This document shows, in pieces, positions 26,809 to 34,570 of a stretch of 37,015 nt of DNA. The position numbers were made by a program, and so were the translations under genes. Each line of letters starts with the position of its first letter. The stretch's first letter is position 1. Under the pieces are notes generated by a model. The model was not told the origin of the DNA, made no database searches, and saw only the letters and a program-made list of their open reading frames with translations. The stretch lies in the IMG/VR virus record IMGVR_UViG_3300049183_000013, positions 1-37,015 of that record; one strand, written 5' to 3'. This DNA is from a virus. Lineage: Duplodnaviria; Caudoviricetes.

Positions 26809-27006
26809 ATGTCCGTCGAAAGCCTCGTCCCCTGCCACTGTTGCAAAGACAAGACACCCACCTCCCGCCTGCGCTACGTCCGCTGCCTCGTCGGCTACGT
26901 CTGCCGCGAGTGCCGCCGCAACCTGCTCAGCGCCGTGGATACCCTCGAAAAGTCCGGCATGCGCGGCCTCCACCGCGGCCCCTATAGCGGCAACTCCAAC
27001 GGCTGA
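26809..27006 (+). CDS. Small zinc-finger-like protein
   Basis: CHCC...CREC. Confidence 0.65.
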   Translation: MSVESLVPCHCCKDKTPTSRLRYVRCLVGYVCRECRRNLLSAVDTLEKSGMRGLHRGPYSGNSNG

Positions 27007-27022
27007 ACCCCTCTGCCTTTCT

Positions 27023-27046
27023 ACCGATCACTGATCACCGATCACT
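27023..27046 (+). repeat. Heptamer repeat element copy 8 (partial module A)
   Basis: ACCGATCACTGATCACCGATCACT. Confidence 0.9.
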
Positions 27047-27074
27047 TCCCCAAAACCCCAACCGCCACACCACC

Positions 27075-27263
27075 ATGCCCGAACTCACGCCCATCATCGT
27101 CATCTTCGGCGTCTTCGCCAGCGCCACCGTCGGCTTCTTCGCCCGCTCGATCTTCGTCCCCGGCGAGATCCGCAAGGCCATCGATCAAACCTACCGCAAG
27201 ATCGAGAACCTCCACCGCGCCCAACCCATCAAGGACCCCCGCAACGACACCCGCGCCTTCTAG
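27075..27263 (+). CDS. Small membrane protein
   Basis: N-terminal hydrophobic helix. Confidence 0.65.
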   Translation: MPELTPIIVIFGVFASATVGFFARSIFVPGEIRKAIDQTYRKIENLHRAQPIKDPRNDTRAF

Positions 27264-27270
27264 GCTCTTC

Positions 27271-27348
27271 CACTGCTCACCGATCACCGCTCACCCGGCA
27301 CTTCTCATCGGCTGTTCCTGAAAACTGAACACTGAAAACTAGCAAACT
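27271..27348 (+). repeat. Heptamer repeat element copy 9 (modules A+B)
   Basis: Module A with two GCTC variants plus full module B. Confidence 0.95.
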
Positions 27349-27359
27349 CTCACTTTCCC

Positions 27360-27974
27360 ATGACAACCGCCACACTCGCCAGCACCGCCGCTTCCCTCGT
27401 GCAAGCGGTCTCGCGTGCCACCACCATCCCCGTCCGCGACCTCATCGGCGACGGACGCGGCACTTCCGCCGAGGCCAATGCCCGCCTGATCGGCATGGCG
27501 CTCTGCCGCCAGATCCTCCCGCTGTCGCTCGATCGCGTCGGCAAGATCTTCGGCCGCCACGGCGCCACCGTCGCCCACGCTTGCCGCGCCGTCAGCGAGC
27601 GCATCGTCGCCGACCAATCCATCGCCGAACTCTACGCCGGCCTGCTCGAAGGCCGCGAAGTCATCCGCCCGCTGATCGTGCCAGCGCACACCGAAGACGA
27701 CGGCAACCGCATCACGCCCGCCCTGGTCAAGAGCCCGCGCCGCCAAGCCGGCATCGATGTCCGCACCCTCGGCCACATCGACGAACTCGGCTCGTCCGCC
27801 CTCTGCCACCGACTCCGCGAAGCGAAAGAGCAGCGCAGCTATTGGGACGCCGCCCGCTTCCGCGCCACCGACGAACGCGACCGCCTCGCCGCCGCCGCCC
27901 GCGTCCAAGCCTGGGGCATGCAGATCACCGCCATCGAAGCCCGCCTCCAACAACTCGCCACCGCCGCCGCCTGA
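27360..27974 (+). CDS. DnaA C-terminal-like HTH protein
   Basis: ARLIGMALCRQ..PLSLDRVGKIFGRHGATVAHACRAV resembles DnaA domain IV. Confidence 0.75.
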   Translation: MTTATLASTAASLVQAVSRATTIPVRDLIGDGRGTSAEANARLIGMALCRQILPLSLDRVGKIFGRHGATVAHACRAVSERIVADQSIAELYAGLLEGREVIRPLIVPAHTEDDGNRITPALVKSPRRQAGIDVRTLGHIDELGSSALCHRLREAKEQRSYWDAARFRATDERDRLAAAARVQAWGMQITAIEARLQQLATAAA

Positions 27975-27976
27975 TC

Positions 27977-28249
27977 ATGGACGCTCTTCTCAATCTCACC
28001 GGCGAGGAAGCCCAGCACTTCGCCACGCTGCCTTCAAAAGTCCGGACGCAAGTCGTCGAACGCAAGGCCGCCGTCGCCGCCGTCACCAATGCCCCACACG
28101 GCACCAAGGCCGCTGTGATCGCTCGCTTCGCCGCCGACCTCGGCGTGAACCCGAACACCATCAGCCGTTGGCTCGCCTACTACCGCCGCAACGGCTGGAA
28201 GGGCCTCATCGACACCCGTCTCATGCCCTACACCCGCGTCAAGCCATGA
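27977..28249 (+). CDS. HTH protein paralogous to the transposase N-terminus
   Basis: Aligns by eye with transposase residues ~18-90 (F..LP, GTK, L.V.P, Y.R.GWKGL.D.RL). Confidence 0.8.
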   Translation: MDALLNLTGEEAQHFATLPSKVRTQVVERKAAVAAVTNAPHGTKAAVIARFAADLGVNPNTISRWLAYYRRNGWKGLIDTRLMPYTRVKP

Positions 28250-28482
28250 AGAAGCTCGCGATCATCCTCTTCGGCATTGTCTTCGGCTTGCTCATCCATG
28301 CCGTCCTGTACGGCGCGGTCTTCGCCGCGTGGTTCTACACCTACAAAGCGTGCAACCCGGAGAAGCCGTTCCCTACCGAGTGGGCACTCGCCCTGATGCT
28401 CGTGTCGTCTTCCGTGCACGATTCCATCCGCATTTCGCGGAAGACCTACGACGAGCACTACGGCTCTTCCACCGATCACTGA
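28246..28482 (+). CDS. Small membrane protein
   Basis: ATGA overlap with the upstream stop; two hydrophobic segments. Confidence 0.65.
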   Translation: MKKLAIILFGIVFGLLIHAVLYGAVFAAWFYTYKACNPEKPFPTEWALALMLVSSSVHDSIRISRKTYDEHYGSSTDH

Positions 28483-28502
28483 TCACCGATCACCCGGCAC
28501 TT
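28469..28502 (+). repeat. Heptamer repeat element copy 10 (module A)
   Basis: CCACCGATCACTGATCACCGATCACCCGGCACTT. Confidence 0.95.
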
Positions 28503-28520
28503 TTCTAACAATCTCTCTCC

Positions 28521-30677
28521 ATGTCCTTGCTCGCCCAATCCGACCTCAGCACCTTCCGCCTGATCCCGGCGGCCGATCTCGCCGAGTTCACCTCCCTCCC
28601 GGATCGCGCGCAGGCCGTCATCCTCGACAAGCTCCAGTGGCTCTCCCGCCTCAACACTGCGCGCCGCGGCACCAAGGACAGCATCGTCAAGGCCGCTGCC
28701 CGCGCGCTCGATGTCTCGCCGCAAGGCTTCCGCCGCTACATCACCGCCTACAAGCGCCGCGGCTGGAAAGGCCTCAAGGACGAACGCCTCGCCGGCGCCG
28801 GTTCAAAGGGCCTTCCACCGAAGTTCAAGAGCTGGGTTGCCGGTCTCTTCGATCCCCATCAGCGCGACAATGACGATGGCATGGAAGTCTGGCGCAAAGT
28901 CATCGACCGCTGGGAAACGTGGCGCAGGACCGGCGACCACCGCCACGCGATCGATGGCTACGACTTCCCGCCCGCTCCCGATCCAAGTACGGGATATCCC
29001 GTAGGATGGAGCTACGACAATATTCTCACCTACTGCCGCCCGAAGGCACCCGCCCGTGCGATGTCGAAGCACGGTGAGAAATCCGCCGCCGCCCACCTCC
29101 CGCCGATCCTCACCACCCGCATCGGCTCGGCCGTCCTCTCCCGAAGGCTCTTCGACGACCAGGACCTCGACAACATGCTTGCCGATGGCTTCCTCGCGTG
29201 CGCCGGGATCTCCGACACCCAGAAGCCGGTCTCTTTCAACTGCCTCGACTTCTACGTCGCCAAGCACCTCGACCACCACCTCCGCGCGCTCTACAAGGAA
29301 CCGGACACCCAGCGCGCCAAGACCCTCACGGGCATGGAGTTCGTCTGGTTCGTCATCAAGCAGCTGCAAACGTGGGGCTATCGCACCGATGCTCTCGGCA
29401 GCGAGCTGATCTTCGAACACGGCACCGCCAACACCTGGAAGAACAAGGAGCTGTTCACCTTCCAGGGGAAAGCCTCATTCGAGGATGCCATCCACACCGT
29501 CACCGGCGGCCATGTCTTCGTCAATCGCTCCGGCAAGTACGAAGGCCCGATCTTTTCCGAGCTGTGCTTCAAGCCACAATCGACCGGTAACTTCAAGTTC
29601 AAGACCTGGCTCGAAAGCGCCTTCCGCCTGCTGCGCACCTACATGCAGGCACTCCCCGGCCCGCTCGGCAGCAACCAGCGGATCAATGGCAAGGACGAGA
29701 CCTACGGCATCAAGCTCGTCGAACGCAAGCTGCTCACCGCGATCTCCGAAGTCGTCGATCCGGAAACCCGCATGCTGCTGGCCGGATCGATCGAACACGA
29801 GCTGCTCGATTTCCAGACCTTTCATGCCCTCGTAAACGCCGTTTACAGGGCGGTGAACGGCCGCACCATGCACAGCCTCGAAGGCTGGCCGCAGTGCGGC
29901 TTCACCGTGCCACTCTGGCGGCCTTCGGACACCTCGGAAAACTGGTTCACCCGCGAGGAACTCGAAGCGATCGAGTGCCCGGTCGAACGCCAGATGCTCA
30001 AGCGCCGCATCGCCGCGAATCGCGATGTGCTGACCAAGATCGACAAGCTTTCCCCCGACGAAGCCTTCGCCATCGAAATGCGCCGCGACGCCGGCGTGAT
30101 CGCCAAGCTTCCCGACAATGTCGTCGGCCTGCTCTTGCCGCGCCAGTGGGCCGCACAAAAGCGCGTCGGCTCGAACCACTGCTTCACGCTGCCGAATCCA
30201 CTCTGGCCCGACACGCAGGACACCTACGTCGCCTCGTGGGACGAGCGCGGCGCCCAAGTCACCCTCGACATCGGCAAGGAGCTGCTCGTCTATCACAATC
30301 CCTTCTTCGACGGCCGCGCCCAGGTGCACGACATCAATGGTGCTTACATCACCACCCTTTACCCCACGGTGAAGGCCGAGCCCTTCTCGCCCGAGAAGAC
30401 CCTCGCCCAGCTCGAAACCCGCGCCGCCATCAAGTCCGGCCACGCCGCCCACCTCCGCGCCCGCATGGCCGACATCGGCACCACCCGCGTCGAGCAACGC
30501 AAGATCAACCGCGAGCTGCTCGCCCTGACCCGCGAGGAACGCAAGCGCGCCTCCCAGCGCCAGACCGACACCGAGGCCGCCTACGACGCCGCCCTCGCCG
30601 CCTCCGCCGCCGACTACATCGCCCCCGCTCCATCTACGACAGGCCCCGTAGATCCCTACGCCGGCCTCGCCGACTAA
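28521..30677 (+). CDS. Mu-like DDE transposase (MuA analogue)
   Basis: 718 aa, N-terminal HTH, candidate catalytic segments LFDDQDLD / IFEHGTA / KTWLESAFRLL, followed by a MuB-like ATPase. Confidence 0.8.
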   Translation: MSLLAQSDLSTFRLIPAADLAEFTSLPDRAQAVILDKLQWLSRLNTARRGTKDSIVKAAARALDVSPQGFRRYITAYKRRGWKGLKDERLAGAGSKGLPPKFKSWVAGLFDPHQRDNDDGMEVWRKVIDRWETWRRTGDHRHAIDGYDFPPAPDPSTGYPVGWSYDNILTYCRPKAPARAMSKHGEKSAAAHLPPILTTRIGSAVLSRRLFDDQDLDNMLADGFLACAGISDTQKPVSFNCLDFYVAKHLDHHLRALYKEPDTQRAKTLTGMEFVWFVIKQLQTWGYRTDALGSELIFEHGTANTWKNKELFTFQGKASFEDAIHTVTGGHVFVNRSGKYEGPIFSELCFKPQSTGNFKFKTWLESAFRLLRTYMQALPGPLGSNQRINGKDETYGIKLVERKLLTAISEVVDPETRMLLAGSIEHELLDFQTFHALVNAVYRAVNGRTMHSLEGWPQCGFTVPLWRPSDTSENWFTREELEAIECPVERQMLKRRIAANRDVLTKIDKLSPDEAFAIEMRRDAGVIAKLPDNVVGLLLPRQWAAQKRVGSNHCFTLPNPLWPDTQDTYVASWDERGAQVTLDIGKELLVYHNPFFDGRAQVHDINGAYITTLYPTVKAEPFSPEKTLAQLETRAAIKSGHAAHLRARMADIGTTRVEQRKINRELLALTREERKRASQRQTDTEAAYDAALAASAADYIAPAPSTTGPVDPYAGLAD

Positions 30678-30697
30678 CAACCGCCACCCCCGTCTTT

Positions 30698-30776
30698 CCA
30701 CCGATCACTGATCACCGATCACCCGGCACTTGCCTTTGGCTGTTCCTGAAAACTGAACACTGAAAACTAGCAAACT
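30698..30776 (+). repeat. Heptamer repeat element copy 11 (modules A+B)
   Basis: Full element between transposase and ATPase genes. Confidence 0.95.
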
Positions 30777-30780
30777 TTCG

Positions 30781-31908
30781 ATGAACCCAACCGCCACACC
30801 CACCAAGAAAGCCGCCAACGGCACCCGCTCACAGCAGCGCGTCTCGCCCGATGTCTTCGAGTCCCACATGCGCCAGCTCGATGACGACCAGCGGGAAATC
30901 CTTTCCTTCTGGTACTACTACGCCCTCGAACGCGACTGGTCGCAGAAGGAACTCGGCCGCCGCGCCGGCGTGTCCGATAGCGCGCTCTCGCTCGCCTTCC
31001 GCAACCAATACCCGGCCAAGCTCGACGAGCTGTGCCGCAAGCTCCGCGCCGCGCAGGAAAACCTCCACCAGTCCGTCGCGAATCCGCACTTCATCATGAC
31101 CGCCCTCGCCGGTCAGATGTTCGAACTCTTCGACGAGACCCGCGCTCTTCAAACCGTCCTCATCTCGTGGGGCAAGAAGGGCATCGGCAAGACCGAGATC
31201 GCGAAGGAATACAAGCGCCGCAACAACCACGGCCGCACCTACTACCATCGCTGCTCGCCCGCGATGACCTTCGGGCAATTCGTCACCTCGCTGGCGAGTT
31301 CGATGAACATTCCCAGCAAGCGCCACAGCCACCTGCGCCTGCGCGAGAAGATCATCGCCATGCTCAAGGCCGGTGCCCGGCTGCTCATCATCGACGAGCT
31401 GCACGAGCTGTTTCTCCAGAAGGAACGCTCGCGCGGTACCGCCGCCGTCCTGATCTGCGAATTCATCCGCGAGATCTTCGATGTCGCCGAGTGCGGCGTG
31501 GTCCTCATCGGCACCCGCGTCATGGTCTCCGAGCTGCGCGATGGCGACCACCGCGCCGCGCTTGAGCAGCTGCTCGATCGCGGCCTCGAACCGGTTGAAC
31601 TCCCCGACAAGCCGACCAAGAGCGATCTCGCCGAGTTCATCAAACACTTCGACCTCGATCCCACCTTCGCCGGTGCCCAGGACGCCGCCGAAATCGTCGC
31701 CAAGATCTTCCGCGAGACCGGCCTCCGCAAGCTCGTCCTCCACCTCCGCGCCGGCAAGAAGCTCGCGATGGGGAAGGGGGAAACGTACCGCTGGCCCCAT
31801 TTCGTCGCCGCCTACAACCGCCTCGAAGCCATCACCAAAAAGAAGCCCGCCACCAAAGTGGCTCCGGCTTCCAGCCGGCAGCCTCTCCCACTGATCACCG
31901 ATCACTGA
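30781..31908 (+). CDS. MuB-like AAA+ transposition ATPase
   Basis: N-terminal HTH (SQKELGRRAGVSDSALS), Walker A GKKGIGKT, Walker B LLIIDE. Confidence 0.9.
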   Translation: MNPTATPTKKAANGTRSQQRVSPDVFESHMRQLDDDQREILSFWYYYALERDWSQKELGRRAGVSDSALSLAFRNQYPAKLDELCRKLRAAQENLHQSVANPHFIMTALAGQMFELFDETRALQTVLISWGKKGIGKTEIAKEYKRRNNHGRTYYHRCSPAMTFGQFVTSLASSMNIPSKRHSHLRLREKIIAMLKAGARLLIIDELHELFLQKERSRGTAAVLICEFIREIFDVAECGVVLIGTRVMVSELRDGDHRAALEQLLDRGLEPVELPDKPTKSDLAEFIKHFDLDPTFAGAQDAAEIVAKIFRETGLRKLVLHLRAGKKLAMGKGETYRWPHFVAAYNRLEAITKKKPATKVAPASSRQPLPLITDH

Positions 31909-31948
31909 TCACCCGGCACTTCTCATCGGCTGTTCCTGAAAACTGAAC
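31888..31948 (+). repeat. Heptamer repeat element copy 12 (A plus truncated B)
   Basis: Module B stops at CTGAAC, where attC-like site 1 begins. Confidence 0.95.
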
Positions 31949-32029
31949 GCCTAGCCTCATGGACGCCAACTTGATATCTCCGCCGACAGAGGACGCCCCG
32001 CAGGCGTTCCATGCAGGCTCTTGTTCAGT
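31942..32029 (-). other. attC-like recombination site 1 (88 bp)
   Basis: Minus strand: R'' ACTGAAC-5 nt-L'' CCTGCATG (extra base at position 4)...L' CATGAGG-6 nt-R' GTTCAGT. Confidence 0.88.
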
Positions 32030-33437
32030 TTTGCGGTATCTCTCGGTGTGCTCCGGCATCGAGGCGGCAAGCGTGGCGTGGCACCCGATGGGATGGCAGC
32101 CCGTTGGCTTCTCGGAGATCGAAAGATTCCCATCCGCCGTGCTCGCCCATCACTGGCCGGACGTCCCGAACCTGGGCGATCTCACGCAACACCATGGATG
32201 GCCAAACACTCTTCGACCTGACCTCATCGTCGGCGGGACACCCTGCCAAGCCTTCAGCGTCGCGGGGCTCCGGCGGGGTCTGGAAGACCCTCGCGGAAAC
32301 CTCACTCTCGTCTTCCTTGGCCTTCTTGAGCAGTTCCGCCCCCGCTGGGTGGTTTGGGAGAACGTCCCCGGCGTCCTGTCCGATTCAACGGGGGCCTTTG
32401 GTGCCTTCCTCGGGGGCTTGGCAAAACTCGGGTATGGGTTCGCCTACCGGGTTCTTGACGCTCAGCACTTCGGAGTTCCCCAGCGACGGCGCCGCGTCTT
32501 CGTTGTCGGCTATCTTGGAGACTGGCGACGTGCCGCAGCGGTTCTTTTTGAGCCCGAAAGCCTGCGCGGGGATTCTCCGCCGCGCCGCGAAGCGGGGCAA
32601 GGAGTTGCCCCCACCCTTAGCGCTCGCACTAAAGGCGGTGGCGGACTCGGAACCGACTTCGACCCCGACGGCGGATTGATCTCGCCCGCCGTCACGTCGA
32701 AATGGGCGAAGGGTAGCGGCGGGCCTAGCGGCGACGAGTGTCAGAACCTCGTCTGTCAAGCCTATCGCACCTCCGGCAACTGCGGAGCATGGGAGACCGG
32801 CGACAAGGTGGACGCAATCACCACCGGCACCGATCGCACCAGTCATGTGCTCGCCTTCGACACGACGCAGATCACCAGCGCGGAAAACCGCAGCAACCCT
32901 CAGCCGGGTGATCCGTGCCACCCGCTCGCCGCCGGAGCTCATGCACCGGCCTTGGCATTCATGATTCACGGGACGGACAAAACCGATCGCGTGGCATCCG
33001 AAACCGACTTGGCTGGATGCCTTCGGACCAAGCCGCCCGGCTCGATCGAGAACAGCAGCACGACGGTTGCGGTATCACCAACCGCCTTCAACCTGCGAGG
33101 CCGCGAGGGCGGTGCGATGCCCGAAGTCGATCCCGATGGCTTGGCCTGCCAACGCGCCGCCTCCGGTGGATCGTCCCGGTCCTACGTCGCCACCACCGCC
33201 GTGCGTCGCCTCACGCCTCGCGAGTGCGAACGCCTACAAGGCTTCCCGGACGATTACACGCTGATCCCATGGCGCGGCCTCATCGATGACCGTTGCCCGG
33301 ACGGCCCGCGCTACAAGGCGCTCGGCAACTCCATGGCGGTGCCCGTCATGCGGTGGATCGGGGAGCGAATCAATCAACTGAACGATCAAGGTCTGGCAAC
33401 CCAGCCAGCGCCACAGATGCCCGAAAAACACAAGTGA
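31959..33437 (+). CDS. DNA (cytosine-5) methyltransferase (cassette 31948-33382)
   Basis: SVCSGIEA, GGTPCQAFS, WENVPG, QRRRRVF, RRLTPRECERLQGFPD, YKALGNSM. Confidence 0.95.
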   Translation: MDANLISPPTEDAPQAFHAGSCSVLRYLSVCSGIEAASVAWHPMGWQPVGFSEIERFPSAVLAHHWPDVPNLGDLTQHHGWPNTLRPDLIVGGTPCQAFSVAGLRRGLEDPRGNLTLVFLGLLEQFRPRWVVWENVPGVLSDSTGAFGAFLGGLAKLGYGFAYRVLDAQHFGVPQRRRRVFVVGYLGDWRRAAAVLFEPESLRGDSPPRREAGQGVAPTLSARTKGGGGLGTDFDPDGGLISPAVTSKWAKGSGGPSGDECQNLVCQAYRTSGNCGAWETGDKVDAITTGTDRTSHVLAFDTTQITSAENRSNPQPGDPCHPLAAGAHAPALAFMIHGTDKTDRVASETDLAGCLRTKPPGSIENSSTTVAVSPTAFNLRGREGGAMPEVDPDGLACQRAASGGSSRSYVATTAVRRLTPRECERLQGFPDDYTLIPWRGLIDDRCPDGPRYKALGNSMAVPVMRWIGERINQLNDQGLATQPAPQMPEKHK

Positions 33438-33480
33438 ACTTGGCCGCTGGCAGGGGTTGCCAGCACCGACCTTGTTCTCA
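33377..33480 (-). other. attC-like recombination site 2 (104 bp)
   Basis: + strand ACTGAAC..GGTCTGGCAACCC...GGGTTGCCAG(C)ACC..CTT-GTTCTCA. Confidence 0.85.
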
Positions 33481-33492
33481 GTCTTTGAAATT

Positions 33493-33720
33493 ATGGAAAC
33501 GCTAGACCTACTCAGAAAACTACCTCGCCCGACATCAGAGCGAGACGCATGGAGCTACGGTGTCGATTGTGCCCTCAAAGGTGCCAACGCCGAGAACAGC
33601 CACTTCAGCATATTCCGCACGCCGGAACGCACGCGACAGTGGGAAGCAGGGAAGAAAGCCGCCGAGGAATATCTTTCTGAGAACGCAAAAGCTCTCCGGC
33701 AGGAGGGCGAACAACCCTGA
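33493..33720 (+). CDS. Hypothetical protein (cassette 33383-33683)
   Basis: 75 aa from ATG 33493; codon usage visibly less C-skewed than the backbone. Confidence 0.7.
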   Translation: METLDLLRKLPRPTSERDAWSYGVDCALKGANAENSHFSIFRTPERTRQWEAGKKAAEEYLSENAKALRQEGEQP

Positions 33721-33810
33721 AACTACTATGGATCTAGAAAATCACGACGAGGCCGAGAAGCCCGCTGGAACTACAGAATCCCTCCTGTCGGGAGCGGCGT
33801 CTTGTTGGGC
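33678..33810 (-). other. attC-like recombination site 3 (133 bp)
   Basis: + strand TGAGAAC-6 nt-GCTCTCCGGCAGGAGGG...CCCTCCTGTC(G)GGAG(C)GGC-5 nt-GTTGGGC. Confidence 0.85.
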
Positions 33811-34321
33811 TGACTTGGAGCCGGCCGAGCGAGATAATCTCATCGGCGAACTGCTTGGCGCGGAGCATCACCGGAACGTCTGGCTGGTGTGGACGATCAA
33901 GAAGGCCGATGGCAGCGTGATCGGCAAGCGACACATCGGCCAACTCGGAAGCATGTCCATGGAGGACGCCGAGGCATGGCTCGCCTCGGCCAAGAAAAGC
34001 AAGGCCGAATGGACTCGCCGCGGCGTGGATCTCGACTGGCTCTTGAGAGACGAAATAACCCTGTTCGAGCAGCGGTGGCACCTTCGCTATTCGGAGACTC
34101 CCGGCGGCGGGTGGTGTGTGATCGAGGCGATGATCAAAGCCGGTTTCGCAGTGCAGATATCAGGCAATGATGCGCGCTGGAAAGTGACCGTCATGAAGGG
34201 GGCGGAGGCCATCTGTATGCGGGCACCAACGATGGAGGATGCCGCTTGCCAGGTCGCGCTTTTAGTTCTGCCCAACGCCACAAGTGCTGCCACCGGCAGC
34301 GAAAGGAACGCCCATGAGTGA
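33728..34321 (+). CDS. Hypothetical protein, phage ABA-sandwich-like C-terminus (cassette 33684-34275)
   Basis: ATG 33728; YS.....W.VIEAM...A.T...A.C..AL pattern. Confidence 0.65.
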   Translation: MDLENHDEAEKPAGTTESLLSGAASCWADLEPAERDNLIGELLGAEHHRNVWLVWTIKKADGSVIGKRHIGQLGSMSMEDAEAWLASAKKSKAEWTRRGVDLDWLLRDEITLFEQRWHLRYSETPGGGWCVIEAMIKAGFAVQISGNDARWKVTVMKGAEAICMRAPTMEDAACQVALLVLPNATSAATGSERNAHE

Positions 34322-34365
34322 AACTGAAACGAAATTGCCGGTTGGCCAGCCACGACTTGTTCGCC
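34270..34365 (-). other. attC-like recombination site 4 (96 bp)
   Basis: + strand GCCCAAC..GTGCTGCCACCGGCA...TGCCGG(T)TGG(C)CAG(C)CAC-5 nt-GTTCGCC. Confidence 0.85.
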
Positions 34366-34568
34366 TTCCAATCGAAGTAGCGAAGCGGGCAATCAACGCT
34401 CTCTCCTACCGCCACAACAAGGTCATGGACAACCCAACCACACACGGTAGCGACGGGCTCGCGTCTCTTCTCATGGAAGGGGCCAACAATGACCAAGCCG
34501 CAATGGACGCTATCAATTCCGCTATTAGTGAGGCGAACAGAGAATTATCCCAACCGGAGGTTGAATAA
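34314..34568 (+). CDS. Hypothetical protein (cassette 34276-34537)
   Basis: 84 aa from ATG 34314 inside the site 4 loop. Confidence 0.7.
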   Translation: MSETETKLPVGQPRLVRLPIEVAKRAINALSYRHNKVMDNPTTHGSDGLASLLMEGANNDQAAMDAINSAISEANRELSQPEVE

Positions 34569-34570
34569 CC
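34532..34570 (-). other. attI-like site
   Basis: Minus strand GGATAAT-5 nt-GTTCGCC, no hairpin, immediately 5' of the integrase gene. Confidence 0.65.

Noticed and set aside
545-31905. Many long opposite-strand or alternate-frame ORFs (e.g. 545-1714+, 4792-6147+, 13187-14548+, 29475-30701-, 30829-31905-)
   Set aside because: Shadow ORFs of high-GC genes; they overlap genes with recognisable motifs and have Arg/Pro-rich non-protein-like composition
33377-34365. attC-like hairpins as simple rho-independent terminators
   Set aside because: Long loops, no U-tracts, ORFs run into them, and core-site complementarity follows cassette boundaries
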